A DNA stretch of 64,000 bases from Eledone cirrhosa (Eukaryota). Below, in pieces: positions 61,368 to 64,000 of the stretch. The stretch is taken from contig OZ024743.1 in assembly GCA_964016885.1 (NCBI GenBank), forward strand, positions 274,288,001 through 274,352,000, written 5' to 3'. The first letter of the stretch is position 1; the number at the start of each line of letters is the position of its first letter. The notes beneath the pieces are model-generated. The model was not told the DNA's origin. It saw nothing but the letters and a program-made list of their open reading frames with translations, and did no database searches. The position numbers were made by a program, and so were the translations under genes.

Positions 61368-61440
61368 ATGGCTGCAAACTCTGCTAAGAGTATTGCAATC
61401 GCTTGTCAGATTCAGATGTGTGACGCTCGAATATGGCTTT
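61209..61440. repeat. (TA)n-centred inverted duplication of the RTE 3' end
   Basis: Arms of about 75 bp with a few mismatches lie on either side of (TA)n. Confidence 0.88.
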
Positions 61441-63345
61441 TCAAGCCTGTTACAAACTTGCACTCCTTCGCACATTGACAACTATGGATCTCCCTGGCCG
61501 CAGGTCTTGCAACAGGTTACCTGTGAACCTTCACAATGCCGTGGAGATCATAGTTCACTGGTTCCTATTGAACATGGCTGTGACCTTGGCTCCTGAGACC
61601 AGATTTGCTAAAGCAAATCTTTCCACATTCAGGGCACACCAATTCAATGGAGACACCGATCTTTTTTAGAGATACACCAGAGCATTGCTTATGTATATCC
61701 AGTTTGATCTTCTCGCGATCTATGTGTCTATTCTCAAAATTATGGTCCCGACAATTCACCATTCCTCGCCAAGTTACTCTTTCAAGAGCTTCTAACTCCC
61801 AGTCAGCCACGATCAAACCAGTTTTTTTCAATAAGTTCTTTACACAATCCTTGAATCGGAGCTTTGGTTTGTGAAGTGGTCTCTTACCTTTACAAAGCTC
61901 GCCATACAAATGTTGATTCGGGATTCGATCATCCTCCATTCTGCAGAGGTGTCAGGTTCATCGCAAACGTCGTAGGTGGATGATACTTTCAATGTTCCGA
62001 CACTCACTTCTCTCAAGGATTTCAACATCACTCACATGCATCTGCCACTTGTTACCGAACATCTTTCTGAGACACTGCTGGTGTAATCGTTCCAGTCTTT
62101 CGATGTGCCATTTGTACGCAACCCATGTCTCACACCCATACAGTTCACATGCGGCATGCACTTTCACCTTGTTCTTCCTTGATTCCTTGCCTGCACCAAA
62201 GACGTTCACTGAGCCTTCCATATGACTCACTTGCTTTACTAACACGTAGTACTCACACTCAGAGTACTCCCTAAATACACAAATCTGTCAGCAACCTTCA
62301 GCTTTTGACCGTATACATATGGAGGGTTACATATATATGGAGGGTTCATTGAAAGCTTTATCCAGAGCAGGTTGGTACATGCCGACAGTCTTCTGCAGAC
62401 TGATTGTCAATCCCAAAGCAATGCACGCATTCGAATAAGAATCCAAAAGGTGTTGTGTGTCACTCTGGGAGTGTACAAAGAGATCACAATCATCTACATA
62501 CAGAAATTTACTGATCAAGGTACTCAGTACCTCAGTGTTTTCAGTGAGACGCCTGAGGTTGAACAGTTTGCCGGAAGAGTGATATCTTAGATAGATACCG
62601 TGTTGACAATCGTTGAAGGCCATGCAGAACACCATTGCGCAATACAAGGCAAACAAATTTGGTGCAGGTATATCACCGTCCTTGACACCATTTTCAACCG
62701 AGATTGGCTCAAACATTTTACATCCGATGTTTACCCATGTCAGCATGTCATCGTGGGAGAACTTGAGTATCTTCATAAACTTTTCAGGACATCCCAATCT
62801 CTTCAAAATAACACCCAAAGCCTTCCGATTTACGGTGTCAAATGCCTTGATCAGATCGACAAAAACTTGGTATAAATCTATGTGCTGCTCAATACATTTC
62901 TGTTGAAGTTATTTGGCCGGGAAGTGCCTCTGCCATTCCTAAAGCCACATTGGGACTCAGGAAGTACCTCAACAACAATGTGCTGTACCAATCTGTCCAA
63001 CAATATCCTGTACAAGATCTTCCCAGCCACATATAGCAGTGAAATACCTCTGTAGTTGCCACAGTCATCTTTGGCTCCCTTTCCTTTGTAAACTACCACC
63101 ATCAAGGCATCTTTCCTCTCTTGCGGTACATCTTCTTCATTCCAAAGATTCACAAAGAGATCAGTGAGGCGGTTTAAGAAGTCATCACCAGTACACTTGC
63201 AGATCTCGGCACATAGTCCATCCAGTCCAGCTGACTTGCTGCTGTTCATTTTGGCAATGGCCTTCGCCAGCTCATCAAATGAAGGAGGATCAGCCATTGC
63301 CATCTTTGGACTTCTGGATGGAATCGAGTGGATGAACTCATCATA
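61365..63345 (-). mobile_element. Degenerate RTE (BovB-like) LINE with RT and a C-terminal zinc finger
   Basis: KSAGLDGL, NYRGISLL, LPESQCGFRNGRGT, NGVKDG, FLYVDDC, LYGCETW, LYGELCKGKR..KPKLRFKD and CPECGKICFSKSGLRS. Confidence 0.92.
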
Positions 63346-63394
63346 CACACACACACACACACATATATATATAAATATATAGATAGATAGATAA

Positions 63395-63491
<97 letters not shown>

Positions 63492-63502
63492 CATATATAC
63501 AA

Positions 63503-63675
63503 ATATAGAAATGGCTTCTACAGGACAAGAGCTGTTTCATTCGAAGGAAATCTTCAGAGCTTTCTTGATGATTTCTTTCGAATGAAACAGTTCTAGTCCT
63601 GTAGAAGCCATTTCTATATTAATAGTTATACTCTGCTATGTACTTACTGTTGTTACCCCCGATTGAACCCGGGAT
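63503..63675. mobile_element. Fold-back pair of family A (sister subfamily) hammerheads with a 3' tail
   Basis: 63513-63560(-) has a CTGAAGA core and 63559-63609(+) has a TTGATGA core. The 3' strand of stem I is GAAGCC instead of GAATCT. Confidence 0.75.
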
Positions 63676-63774
63676 ATACATATATATATATTTATTAAAA
63701 TAACAGATTAAAGTTTAAGCAAAGAATCGCTGCTTTCACCCTTAACGGGATCTTCATATATATATATATGTATG

Positions 63775-64000
63775 TATCAGGCCAATCAGTCACTTTATAT
63801 TTTAGAAAATATCATATATCTTTACTAGCTCTGACAGTTGGCAGGTGAACAGTGAACTGCACTGATTAAGGTTAATACCCAGAAACATTAGTGTCTGCAG
63901 TTCTGTTTACATGCCAACACATGACCGAGAATGGGGGGCTCATTCTACTGACATGGCTTTAAAAACGAGGTGGTTTGCATAATTGCAAACGAATCGAATA
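63775..64000 (+). mobile_element. Family G repeat with a hammerhead at 63854-63903
   Basis: GAACTGCA-CTGATTA-...-GAAA-CAttagTG-TC-TGCAGTTC, with a perfect 8-bp stem I. Confidence 0.65.

Overview
AT-rich, microsatellite-dense animal genomic DNA. It is inferred to be octopus or another coleoid cephalopod from its tRNA-derived SINE family and (TA)n/(CA)n load. Nearly all long ORFs in the supplied track are microsatellite artefacts. Host content is limited to two plus-strand exons (13816-13872, 15479-15576) that resemble the MUN region of a BAIAP3/Munc13-4-family gene, so most of the window is probably intronic. The rest is retroelement debris: a Dong/R4-type LINE, two RTE LINEs with a non-autonomous bipartite RTE derivative, CRE-like and CR1-like fragments, a hAT-like remnant, a TRIM-like LTR element, SINEs and many Penelope-like element (PLE) pieces, including a near-full-length GIY-YIG/RT copy (37918-42946). 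The main hidden structure is about 26 type I hammerhead-ribozyme motifs, counted by eye in about 9 sequence families. They sit in fold-back or tandem pLTR/retrozyme-like units embedded in (TA)n tracts, and several families use a compensated U3:A8 core or a very long loop II. The strongest single signal is in a 5.2 kb palindromic non-coding PLE (43024-48253). Its hammerhead carries 8 clustered A-to-G changes in 38 nt with an ADAR-like neighbour bias, mirrored in both arms and converting the cleavage triplet to non-cleavable GUG. This looks like A-to-I hyper-editing written back into the genome by retrotransposition.
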